Part shown: piece by piece, positions 1 through 8,453 of the stretch
Numbering within the stretch: position 1 is the stretch's first letter
Layout of the letters: every line of letters begins with the position of its first letter
Assembly: GCA_030841085.1 (NCBI GenBank)
Contig: JAVEDP010000007.1
Span: forward strand, 15,129 to 79,128
Direction of reading: 5' to 3'
DNA from: Pyrinomonadaceae bacterium
Lineage (GTDB): Bacteria > Acidobacteriota > Blastocatellia > Pyrinomonadales > Pyrinomonadaceae
Length of the DNA: 64,000 bases
Made by a program: the position numbers and the translations under genes
The notes under the pieces: model-generated
Told to the model about the DNA's origin: nothing
Databases searched by the model: none
The model's input: only the letters and a program-made list of their open reading frames with translations

Positions 1-162
1 GCCGCGCTGCTTCACCAGGGGTTTGGCAGCAACAGGCCGAGGCGTTTCGATCTTCACGGCATTCGCGAAATCAAAATTGTCGACACGGTACGATCCGCTT
101 TGTGCGAATGCTGATAACGCCGAAAGCAAGATGACGGAGAGTGCCAGGGGGAAATTTTTCAT
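1..162 (-). CDS. Secreted protein, N-terminal fragment only (gene runs off the left edge)
   Basis: A reverse-strand ATG at 160-162 opens MKNFPLALSVILLSALSAFAQSGSY..., which looks like a signal peptide. The frame stays open to position 1. It is absent from the ORF track because there is no stop inside the window. Confidence 0.4.
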   Translation of the reverse strand, partial: MKNFPLALSVILLSALSAFAQSGSYRVDNFDFANAVKIETPRPVAAKPLVKQRG

Positions 163-542
163 AGGGGAATTCGCGCGGCTATTTCAGATTAAGATCAAGG
201 AAAATTCGGTGAGATTGTTAGCGGGCAAAAACCAGATAGCGCCGGCCCACAACTAAGGCCGAAACGATAGTAACACACAGTTAAACGATTGCCAACACTG
301 CTGAAAGACAACGGAATCTTCAGTAATTTCGCGGTTTAATTGAAGGGCCGTTAGCGGTCGAGCAAAAGAACTGATGGGACAGGGGAGGCAATTTCCCGGG
401 GTGCAAGGGGTCTTGCATAATCTGAAATCGGTGGTTTTCGAAGCGACCTGGACATCTTCGCTGGCGTTAGTATGATACGCGCGCTCTTACCAAATCTGGT
501 TAGTGAATCCGCGCGCTTGTCGCGCCTCACAACGAGGAACAA

Positions 543-890
543 ATGAAAAAAATACTTTCGACGATTTTGTCGCTGCTTGTTGTTTCTGCAATCGCGACCG
601 CGGCGCAAAACTCCAACAGCTCCACGACTACGAATACATCAACCACAAAAACCGCGAAGAAGCGCGCTCCGATCTTTCGCGCGAATAAAGATCAGATCAA
701 ACAAGCGCAGGCGATTCTGAAGACGCGTGGTTTTTATGCGGGCGAGCAGACTGGCAAGCTCGATGCCGATACGCGGGCCGGCTTGAAAAAATATCAAGCT
801 GCGGAAACTCTTAAGGTGACGGGGACGCTAAACAAGGTGACCCTGGAAAAGATGGGCGTGGCGTTAACTGACAAGCAGAAGGCTATGTGA
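543..890 (+). CDS. Secreted peptidoglycan-binding-domain protein
   Basis: Signal peptide MKKILSTILSLLVVSAIATAAQ, then a PG_binding_1-like segment (ILKTRGFYAGEQTGKLDADTRAGLKKYQ). A clean intrinsic terminator follows. Confidence 0.7.
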   Translation: MKKILSTILSLLVVSAIATAAQNSNSSTTTNTSTTKTAKKRAPIFRANKDQIKQAQAILKTRGFYAGEQTGKLDADTRAGLKKYQAAETLKVTGTLNKVTLEKMGVALTDKQKAM

Positions 891-946
891 CAGATGCGAG
901 GGGGAACGGGGCGTGGCTGTGAGTGGCAGCGCCCCGGAAAGCAAAG

Positions 947-995
947 GCGCGAGCGCGTTTACTCCCATAAACGCGGCTCGCGCTTTTGTTATTTT
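947..995 (+). terminator. Rho-independent terminator
   Basis: GC-rich stem GCGCGAGCGCGTTTA / TAAACGCGGCTCGCGC with a 6-nt loop, followed by TTTTGTTATTTT. Confidence 0.75.
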
Positions 996-1029
996 CGTTG
1001 TCAAACGAGATGACTCATCCGTAAGAATC

Positions 1030-1133
1030 TATCCGCAGATTACGCAGATTTCACAGATTGGGAAACAAGAGCAAGCGGCCAACCTGCCTGATCGCTCTTT
1101 CGGAATCTGTGAAATCTGCGCAATCTGCGGATA
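1030..1133. repeat. Long hairpin element, TATCCGCAGATTACGCAGATTTCACAGATT family (copy 1)
   Basis: The 30-nt left arm (1030-1059) is complementary to 1104-1133. The left arm is identical to 43311-43340. It lies between convergent genes. Confidence 0.85.
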
Positions 1134-1139
1134 AGTTTT

Positions 1140-3932
1140 CTAACCCAGGATCTTTTCGACGATTGCGTAACTGGCTTCGAGCGCTTCGCTTAATTTTTCC
1201 GGCTGCGCCCCACCGCCTTCGGCCATGTCCGCTTTGCCGCCGCCTTTGCCGCCAACGATCGGAGCAAGCTCCTTAATTACTTTGCCTGCAGGAACCTTGC
1301 TGGTTAGATCGTTGGAAGTGCGCACGATTAGGGAAACTTTTCCTTCGCTGCTGCGGCCGAGCACGACCACGCCGGATTTTATTCGCGCCAGCAAAGTGTC
1401 GGAAAGTTGGCGCATGCCGGCGGCGTCGAGGCCACTGGCTTCGCGCGCCAGCACCTTTACGCCATTAACATCTCGCGCTTCATCGCCGTTCGCGGATGAA
1501 CCGCCAACCGCGCCGGTCGCAATCTTCATGCGCAGCTCGTCGGCTTCGCGGCGCGCCTTCTTTAGTTCGTCCTGTAACTTGCTTATAACCGCCGGCAATT
1601 CCGCGCGCGAAGTTTTCAAGCCACTGGCTGCTTGATCGATTAGCAGTTCGTCTTCGCGAAATCGTTCGTACGCATCGACGCCGGTGATGGCGCGAATGCG
1701 ACGCACGCCGGAAGCGATCGATTCGTCGCTGGTAATCTTGAACAAGCCGATGTCGCCGGTCGCGCGCACGTGCGTGCCGCCGCACAGCTCGCGGGAAAAT
1801 ATGTCTTCGTCGCCGCCGGCCCCTTTAATAGATAGCACGCGCACCTGCTCGCCATACTTCTCGCCAAACAGTGCCATCGCGCCCGAGCGCATGGCTTCTT
1901 CCGTGGCCATCTCGTCGGTTTGCACCGGTTCGTTTCTGAGAATGTGATAGTTGACCAAACGCTCAATCTCTTCAATCTCGTTCGGCGTCAACGGCTGATA
2001 ATGAGTGAAGTCGAAACGCAAATAGTTCGGCGCCACCACCGAACCGGCCTGCTTGACGTGCGTACCTAAAACTTCGCGCAGTGCCGCATGCATTAAGTGC
2101 GTCGCGGTGTGATTGCGCCGCGTCGCATCGCGCTTTTCAACGTCAACCTCGGCGGTCACAATGTCGCCGACTTTCAGCGTTCCTTTTTCAACTTTAACCT
2201 TATGAACAATCAAACCCTGAACAGGCGAATAGGTGTCGGTGACGACCGCGCTGAGATCAGTACGCCCCGCTGCAGTGAGGTCAGTACCGTCTGCGGATGG
2301 GTTCCTTAGTCTTCCAACATCGCCAACCTGACCACCGCTTTCGGCATAGAAGGGCGTCCTATCAAGAATGACCTCACCTTCATCGGCTTCCGGCATGTCG
2401 TCCAGTTCGCTATTCCCTTTTATCAGCGCTAGGACTTTTGCATTCTCTAGTCTAGTGGTTTCATAGCCTGAAAAGGCTATCGTACCGATACGTTGGGGGA
2501 GATCTAGAAAAATCTCTTTTCCAGACCAACTTCTCAAGCCTGACTGAGATTGAGTTTCGCGTGTCCTCTTGCTTGGAACGCCGTATGTTGTCTGACCCTG
2601 TATCTGCCGCATTGCGTCATCGAATTGCTCGTTGAATTCATCTTCTTCGGGAATATCCACTCCTCGCTCTTGAAGACTTACTCGAATCAAATCCCTCGGC
2701 ACTCCGTAGGTATCATTTAACGGGACTAGTTCTATGTATTCGGGCATCTCACCTTCATACGTTCTGGCTAACACCTCCTCTAGCTTGTGCAATCCGACGG
2801 TCAAGGTTGACCCAAAACGCACCTCTTCCAAACGCACCATCCGCTCGGTGAAATCGCGTTGCGTTTCCAGTTCTGGAAACGCTTCATGCATTTGATCAAC
2901 TACGAAGTTCGTTACCTTGTAGAAGAACAAATCATTAAGACCCAACGCATGACGTCCCTGGTAAATCGCGCGGCGCATGATCTTGCGCAGCACGTAATTC
3001 CGCCCTTCGTTGCCCGGCAGGATTCCGTCGGCGATTGAGAACGCGGTAGCACGGGCATGGTCTGCGATCACGCGCATGGCGAAACCCGATTGTGTTTCAG
3101 CTTCGTAATGACGATCGGCAAGCGTCGCGACGAAATCCACAATGTTCTTCAACAGATCAGTTTCGTAATTCGACTTGACGCCCTGCATGATCACCGCGGT
3201 GCGTTCCAGTCCTAAGCCCGTATCAACCGAAGGCTTCGGCAATGGCTCAAGCTTGTACTTACCGGCCTCAACTTCGATGCGGTTGTATTGCATGAAGACC
3301 AGATTCCAGATCTCCATCGTGGTGTCGCCCGGGCCGTTTACCAGATCGACCCTATTCTTTGTTGGATCCTCCGGATCGTCGCCGAGATAGTAATGAATCT
3401 CGCTGCAGGGCCCACATGGGCCAGTCTCGCCCATCTGCCAGAAATTATCCTTGCCGCTAAAGCGCAGGATTTTTTCCGGGGGCGCCCCAACTTGCGCCCA
3501 GAATCTTTCCGCATCCTCATCCGGACCAACCTGATCGTCGCCTTCGAAGACTGTGAACCAGAGACGCTTCGAATCCATCCCTAGTTCATTGACGAGAAAG
3601 TCCCAGGCAAACTTGATTGCGTCTTCTTTAAAGTAGTCGCCAAAAGAAAAGTTTCCGAGCATCTCGAAAAACGTCTGATGCCGCGCGGTCTTGCCCACTT
3701 CATCGAGATCGTTATGCTTGCCGCCCGCGCGCAGACATTTTTGCGACGAGCAGGCGCGCACATATTCGCGTTTCTCCTGGCCAAGAAATACATCCTTGAA
3801 TTGGTTCATGCCGGCGTTGGTGAAGAGCAACGTCGGATCGTTGGCAGGCAGCAAGGGAGACGAGCGCACGCGCGTATGGTCGTGACGCTCGAAGTACTGC
3901 AAAAACTTTTCGCGAATTTCGTTGCCAGTCAT
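1140..3932 (-). CDS. alaS: Alanine--tRNA ligase
   Basis: 930-aa ORF with FTNAGMNQFK, class II core motifs, the editing-domain HTATHL and CGGTH zinc motifs, and a C-terminal DHHA1-like tail. Confidence 0.97.
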   Translation of the reverse strand: MTGNEIREKFLQYFERHDHTRVRSSPLLPANDPTLLFTNAGMNQFKDVFLGQEKREYVRACSSQKCLRAGGKHNDLDEVGKTARHQTFFEMLGNFSFGDYFKEDAIKFAWDFLVNELGMDSKRLWFTVFEGDDQVGPDEDAERFWAQVGAPPEKILRFSGKDNFWQMGETGPCGPCSEIHYYLGDDPEDPTKNRVDLVNGPGDTTMEIWNLVFMQYNRIEVEAGKYKLEPLPKPSVDTGLGLERTAVIMQGVKSNYETDLLKNIVDFVATLADRHYEAETQSGFAMRVIADHARATAFSIADGILPGNEGRNYVLRKIMRRAIYQGRHALGLNDLFFYKVTNFVVDQMHEAFPELETQRDFTERMVRLEEVRFGSTLTVGLHKLEEVLARTYEGEMPEYIELVPLNDTYGVPRDLIRVSLQERGVDIPEEDEFNEQFDDAMRQIQGQTTYGVPSKRTRETQSQSGLRSWSGKEIFLDLPQRIGTIAFSGYETTRLENAKVLALIKGNSELDDMPEADEGEVILDRTPFYAESGGQVGDVGRLRNPSADGTDLTAAGRTDLSAVVTDTYSPVQGLIVHKVKVEKGTLKVGDIVTAEVDVEKRDATRRNHTATHLMHAALREVLGTHVKQAGSVVAPNYLRFDFTHYQPLTPNEIEEIERLVNYHILRNEPVQTDEMATEEAMRSGAMALFGEKYGEQVRVLSIKGAGGDEDIFSRELCGGTHVRATGDIGLFKITSDESIASGVRRIRAITGVDAYERFREDELLIDQAASGLKTSRAELPAVISKLQDELKKARREADELRMKIATGAVGGSSANGDEARDVNGVKVLAREASGLDAAGMRQLSDTLLARIKSGVVVLGRSSEGKVSLIVRTSNDLTSKVPAGKVIKELAPIVGGKGGGKADMAEGGGAQPEKLSEALEASYAIVEKILG

Positions 3933-3935
3933 AAA

Positions 3936-3970
3936 TCAGAAGTCAGAAGTCAGAAGTCAGAAGTCAGAAC
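3936..3970. repeat. Tandem heptamer array (TCAGAAG)x5 abutting the alaS start codon
   Basis: Five consecutive 7-nt units. On the alaS mRNA strand this reads (CUGACUU)x4-CUGAUUU-AUG. GTCAG/CTGAC blocks at 3975-4010 give a weak partner arm. Confidence 0.9.
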
Positions 3971-4100
3971 AAACAACTGACAACTGGCTACGGACAACTG
4001 ACGAAGGTTGAGTTTAGCATGCGGTTTGAAGGTGAGCGAAACATGACGTAGTCAAATCAATTAAAGAGTGCCAATTGAAAAAACCTGGAAGCCGCGCTAA

Positions 4101-4234
4101 ACAAATACAGAACGGGGAGCGGTAGCGACCTGGTTCGAAGGACAGCCTACAACTGTGAAGAGAACGAGAATCCTTCGTTGGTCGACGCTCGCGCTCCTTG
4201 ACCCGGTCGCTACCGCTCCCGGTTCTGTCTTTGT
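4101..4234. repeat. Long hairpin element, GAGCGGTAGCGACC-core family (copy 1)
   Basis: Arms 4101-4130 and 4205-4234 are about 90% complementary, with a 74-nt loop. The core is shared with 48365-48480. It lies between recX and alaS. Confidence 0.85.
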
Positions 4235-4291
4235 GTAATGTGAGATCGAGGGTACCCAGCCTTTACCATCTATGAACCCTCCGAAGGCCAA

Positions 4292-4846
4292 TCACTCATC
4301 GAGGTCAGTCCTTGAGATGCGACGTACCTTGTCGCTGACTAATTCAAACGCAAAGCCCTGGCGCAGCAAATGATCAAACAGACTTTTGGCTTCGAGACGC
4401 GTTTTCGGCTGGCCGCGCAAACGAATGCGCTTCTCAATGGCGCGATCTATCAGTTCTTCTTCCGGCGTTTCCGCATAGACCAAATTGAGCGCTTCGTCGG
4501 CGACTGCGCCCGGGACTTGTTTCATTTTCAAATCCTGCTGCAGACGGCGGCGGCCAATCGGGCGCTGCTTCACTTTCAACGATGCGTAGCTCACAGCGTA
4601 ACGCTCGTCGTCGAGGTAGCCATACTCCTTCAATCTTGCAATAACCTCATCAACAAGTTGGTCGGTAACGCCCTGGCGCTCCAAAAGCCGCTCGCGCAAT
4701 TCGGCGATTGAGCGCGGTTTGGCGGCGAGCAGTTTTGCCGCGCGTTGAAAGGTGCGGGAGCGAATTCGCTCGGGACTGGCGACGCTCGTCTCGTCCGGCT
4801 GTGTATTCTTCGTCGTTCGTCTGCGCACAAAAGCATTTAAGCACAA
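4292..4846 (-). CDS. recX: Recombination regulator RecX
   Basis: Three-repeat helical RecX-like sequence (KPRSIAELRERLLERQ..., YLDDERYA..., RAIEKRIRLRG...). It sits directly upstream of alaS, as in many bacteria. The exact start is uncertain. Confidence 0.8.
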   Translation of the reverse strand: MCLNAFVRRRTTKNTQPDETSVASPERIRSRTFQRAAKLLAAKPRSIAELRERLLERQGVTDQLVDEVIARLKEYGYLDDERYAVSYASLKVKQRPIGRRRLQQDLKMKQVPGAVADEALNLVYAETPEEELIDRAIEKRIRLRGQPKTRLEAKSLFDHLLRQGFAFELVSDKVRRISRTDLDE

Positions 4847-4964
4847 AGCAAAGAGCGGGGGTAAACCACCCTTCCCAACCGCGAGCTGTTCAAGCTTTGC
4901 GGAACTGGCCCCGCTCTGTGGCCGCTACATCGCTAAACTTCCACCAGCAATCTACAATGCGTTT

Positions 4965-5912
4965 ATGGATGGCGCTTTGATTATCGACAAGCCCGTTGAT
5001 TTGACTTCGCATGACGTTGTTGCACGTGCGCGACATCTACTCAGGGAGAGGCGTGTGGGCCATACCGGGACGCTCGATCCATTTGCGACGGGCGTGCTGG
5101 TGCTACTCATCGGTCGCGCAACGCGGCTGGCCCAGTTTCTCAGCGGGCTTGAAAAGGAATACGAGGCGGTGATTCGGCTGGGATACGCAACTGACACGGG
5201 CGACGTAACTGGTAAACCCCTAGTCAATTCGGAAGCGCTCACCGTTCCGGCATCGGAAGTGAAATTCGGCGAGGCTGAGATAGAAGCGGCGCTGGCAAGC
5301 TTGCGTGGAGAAATCGATCAAGTGCCGCCGATGTATTCGGCGAAGAAGCAACAAGGTCGAAAACTTTACGAACTGGCGCGGCGCGGTGAGGAAGTTGAAA
5401 GACAACCCGTGCGCGTTGCGATCCGAAAGTTTGAAACGAATCGAGCGAAGGGCGGTTTGCTGAAGAACAATCTTGACGGCACGTACGATCTGGATGTGCT
5501 GGTCGCGTGCTCCGCCGGCACTTATGTGCGAACGCTGGCGGAAGATTTCGGCAAGCGTTTGGGCATCGGCGCGCACGTGGCGGAACTGCGGCGCACGCGC
5601 GTGGGCAGCTTCAAGATTGAAAGTGCGTCAAGTTTGGACCGGTTGCAAGAAAGTGTCGCCGAGGAGTCGCTCGGACGCGTGCTGCTGACGCCTGACGCAG
5701 TGCTTGAACACCTGCCTGCCATCGATTTATCAGATGACGATGTGCGAAAGACACGTAATGGCGTGAATATCTCAGTGCAACAAACAAGCTGGACCAACGG
5801 TGACCAAGTAAGGCTGCGTGATGAGCATGGCCACCTCATTGCCGTCGCAACATTTGAAGCGGAGAAGAGTTCATTGCGCCCACGCGTGGTGTTGGCCCAC
5901 AACGAAATATGA
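4965..5912 (+). CDS. truB: tRNA pseudouridine(55) synthase TruB
   Basis: GHTGTLDPFATGVL catalytic-Asp motif plus a PUA-like C-terminus. I chose the in-frame ATG at 4965 (MDGALIIDKP). The ORF-track extension from 4752 overlaps recX and looks non-coding. Confidence 0.93.
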   Translation: MDGALIIDKPVDLTSHDVVARARHLLRERRVGHTGTLDPFATGVLVLLIGRATRLAQFLSGLEKEYEAVIRLGYATDTGDVTGKPLVNSEALTVPASEVKFGEAEIEAALASLRGEIDQVPPMYSAKKQQGRKLYELARRGEEVERQPVRVAIRKFETNRAKGGLLKNNLDGTYDLDVLVACSAGTYVRTLAEDFGKRLGIGAHVAELRRTRVGSFKIESASSLDRLQESVAEESLGRVLLTPDAVLEHLPAIDLSDDDVRKTRNGVNISVQQTSWTNGDQVRLRDEHGHLIAVATFEAEKSSLRPRVVLAHNEI

Positions 5913-6853
5913 AAAAGCGTTATTGGTTAGGCGCGGTATCGGCGTTAGCCGGCGCGGCAGTGGCGGCTAAACTCTGGCTGCGCCCGCCCGATGTCGAGTG
6001 GGATTCGAATCGCGAGGCTGTATTTAACGCCGACTACTCTCGCTTTGCGGAAGTTGATGGGGTGACAGTGCACTATCAGGAAGCAGGCGAGACAAACGCG
6101 CCGCCGCTGCTGCTGATTCACGGTTTTGCTTCATCGAATTTAGTTTGGAGCAAGGTTCTGCTGCCACTTGCGGAGGCCGGGTTCCGAGTTATCGCGCCGG
6201 ATCTTTTGGGCTATGGATATTCCGGGAAGCCACGGCAAATGGATTACACGATCGCTTCGCAGGCAAAGATGCTGATCGGTCTGATCGAGAAACTCAGCAT
6301 CGCCCGCGTTTGTTTAATCGGCAGTTCTTACGGCGGCGCAGTCGCGGCGACGATTGCGCTCGACCATCCCGAGCTGATTGAGAAATTGGTTTTGGTGGGC
6401 GCAGTCACAAATAACAAGCCGACGCGTTACTTGCTGATGCGACTGTTTGGCTCGCCAATTATCGGCGACATACTTTCGCCGTTGGTGGTTGGGTCGCGCC
6501 GCTTGCTGCGGATGCGCATGAAACGCGTCTACGACCGGCACGCGTGGGAGCTGGATGAAAGAAGAGTGCAGGCGCGACATTTGCCGTTAGCCACGCGCGG
6601 CACGCATCGCGCAATTATTCGCACCGTCCGTCGTTGGGACGCGGAGCGAATATCCCGCGACGCGCATTTGCTGGACCAACCGACGCTGATCGTTTGGGGC
6701 GATAAAGATCGCGAAGTGCCATTGGCGGATGGTGAACGATTGCAGCAAGAGATTGCGAATTCGCGTTTGTTTGTTTTTCAAGAGTGCGGCCACTTGCCGC
6801 ATGAAGAATATCCGGCGGAGTTTACGGAGCTGGTAGCGCAATTCTGCGCTTGA
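5909..6853 (+). CDS. Alpha/beta-fold hydrolase
   Basis: HGF oxyanion motif, GSSYGG nucleophile elbow and a C-terminal GHLPHEE histidine. The start overlaps the truB stop (ATGA). Confidence 0.85.
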   Translation: MKKRYWLGAVSALAGAAVAAKLWLRPPDVEWDSNREAVFNADYSRFAEVDGVTVHYQEAGETNAPPLLLIHGFASSNLVWSKVLLPLAEAGFRVIAPDLLGYGYSGKPRQMDYTIASQAKMLIGLIEKLSIARVCLIGSSYGGAVAATIALDHPELIEKLVLVGAVTNNKPTRYLLMRLFGSPIIGDILSPLVVGSRRLLRMRMKRVYDRHAWELDERRVQARHLPLATRGTHRAIIRTVRRWDAERISRDAHLLDQPTLIVWGDKDREVPLADGERLQQEIANSRLFVFQECGHLPHEEYPAEFTELVAQFCA

Positions 6854-6959
6854 AGTTTCAGGTTTCAAGTTTCAGGTTTCAAATTTCCGGAGCTTGTTAA
6901 GAAAGTAAAAATGCTAAGCAAACGTAAACCTGAAACTTGGAACCTGAAACTTGAAACTA
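6851..6959. repeat. Heptamer-armed hairpin (GTTTCAA-type) between convergent genes
   Basis: The left arm (6851-6888) is a degenerate GTTTCAA/G array and the right arm (6924-6959) is its complement. The stop codons of both flanking genes (TGA 6851-6853, TAG 6957-6959 on the reverse strand) lie inside the arms. Confidence 0.9.
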
Positions 6960-8261
6960 ACCCATGTTCAGCGCTTTGCCGACTGATGGATCGCGGCGGA
7001 CGCGCCAGATCTTCGAGTCGAGGTAATAATGAATAAATGCGTAGCCCCAGAGAAATGAAATGCCGAGCTGCATGGCAAATGATTGTTCGCTGTTCATTCC
7101 GGCGCCATTCTTCAAACCGACGTAGCCGAGCAACTGCCGCGGGCCTTGGTAAATAATTCCGAACAAGATTCCAAAGCCGATGTAGTAAAGCAATCGGCGG
7201 CTGATTAGTTCGGCCGCGCCATATTTTTCGCGGGGATGATTTGATTCTGCGGAAGCTGTTCGCGCTCCGCGCTCATTGCGGGCGGGACGCCCGCGATCCC
7301 AGTGTGCGGCGGGCGCGACGTCAGCGGGCCCAGTAGAAATGGTCGAGCTTCGCGTGTATTTCTGATTATGAAACCAAATGAGGCGATGATATTGCAGGTT
7401 GTGATAAATCGTAAGTATCGCAACTATCGCGATCGGCTTGTTTGGCATTGGTGTTAGCAAGACAATCCAATGCATTGGAATTGCCGCCGCCAGCAGCAGA
7501 TATTTCGGAACGTTGAGGGCGTCACCGGTCATTAACCGTTGTCCCTGTCTAACTAACCAGGCAACAAAAAGAATTATCGTTCCCGCCAGCAAAACTGTCG
7601 CGAGGCCGTTCACGCCGAATCGCAAAGAGGCCGGAACGCGCGTCATGGCCTGTGGATCGCGCGCGATGAAAGCGACGAAGGGATAGTTGAAAGCGAACAA
7701 AAGCAGGAGGCGGTCAAGCGCGTTATCTATAGGCGCGAGGTCGTTGTTCTTTTTCTTGTACAGCACCATGAAACCGTAGTGCTGCTTGACCAGATGGTAA
7801 TAAGCCCAGAGCGCCGCGAGAAAGAAAAATACCAGGCCCAGCCCCGCGAATACCATGATTGGACCAACCACAAAAAAAAGCAGCGAGCTCCACAACAAGC
7901 GCCCGCGGCTGCGGCGTTCTACGCGATCAAAATAGGTGCGCGAGAAAGTTCCAAAGACGTGTGGCGCATCGATCAGGATGGCCCACAGCGCCACCATCGG
8001 AATCAATGGCAGCACGCCGGCAACGTACAAAATGAGCAGAGCGTAACTGGAAGCAACGGAGCCGATGAACCAGACGAGATCGTCCCGCGCAGAGATGATC
8101 CAGCGTAGCGAGACGACTTCGGCACGGGCTTGAGGGAAAACTTCAGCAGTGGCCAAGGGGAAATAACCTAATGGAAATTCAGCGAGAGGGAGAGAATTGT
8201 AGCACCAGCCGAGGACGGCTGAAACATAACCTGCATAAAAAGTGAATCGAGCAGTCCGCAC
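6957..8261 (-). CDS. Multi-pass membrane protein of unknown function
   Basis: 434-aa ORF with many hydrophobic helices, a HNLQYHRLIWFH motif and one hydrophilic Arg/Ala-rich insert. The GTG start is uncertain and lies inside a repeat arm. Confidence 0.6.
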   Translation of the reverse strand: MRTARFTFYAGYVSAVLGWCYNSLPLAEFPLGYFPLATAEVFPQARAEVVSLRWIISARDDLVWFIGSVASSYALLILYVAGVLPLIPMVALWAILIDAPHVFGTFSRTYFDRVERRSRGRLLWSSLLFFVVGPIMVFAGLGLVFFFLAALWAYYHLVKQHYGFMVLYKKKNNDLAPIDNALDRLLLLFAFNYPFVAFIARDPQAMTRVPASLRFGVNGLATVLLAGTIILFVAWLVRQGQRLMTGDALNVPKYLLLAAAIPMHWIVLLTPMPNKPIAIVAILTIYHNLQYHRLIWFHNQKYTRSSTISTGPADVAPAAHWDRGRPARNERGARTASAESNHPREKYGAAELISRRLLYYIGFGILFGIIYQGPRQLLGYVGLKNGAGMNSEQSFAMQLGISFLWGYAFIHYYLDSKIWRVRRDPSVGKALNMG

Positions 8262-8392
8262 TTAGCGGACGGCTGACAATAGCCCAGCAGTTCACTGCTG
8301 GGATAATCGGAAGAAGGAAATTGAGTCCGTCGCGAATGGCTCTTTTCCCAGCGATAAATCGCTGGGCTATTGTCAGCCGTCTAAGCGCGGAC
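8254..8392. repeat. Nested-palindrome hairpin element
   Basis: The outer arms (GTCCGCACTTAGCGGACGGCTGACAATAGC and its complement) each carry an inner mini-hairpin (CCCAGCAG-TTCA-CTGCTGGG; CCCAGCGA-TAAA-TCGCTGGG). It lies between divergent genes. Confidence 0.85.
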
Positions 8393-8453
8393 TCAGCGGA
8401 AACACTTTTTGTGCGAAGCTCGGAAGCATCGCCATCTGGTAAACTACGCCTCC

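Noticed and set aside
447-476. Possible promoter TGGACA-16 nt-TATGAT upstream of the 543-890 gene
   Set aside because: The match is plausible but weak, and many similar strings occur by chance. I did not list it as a feature.
4752-4964. N-terminal extensions offered by the ORF track (truB from 4752, prmC from 12088, HIT from 16019, OMP from 16581, actE from 32325, actF from 32978, coxB from 36071)
   Set aside because: The extensions overlap neighbouring genes or translate hairpin or repeat DNA. Internal ATGs restore canonical N-termini, and some of those have a Shine-Dalgarno sequence or ATGA coupling.
8386-8453. Possible fluoride (crcB-motif) riboswitch in the crcB leader
   Set aside because: I could not find the conserved GGCGATGG...CC / AAACGC / GCTGATGA-type core on the crcB strand. 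The only GGCGATG-like string is on the opposite strand. A covariance-model search is needed to be certain.
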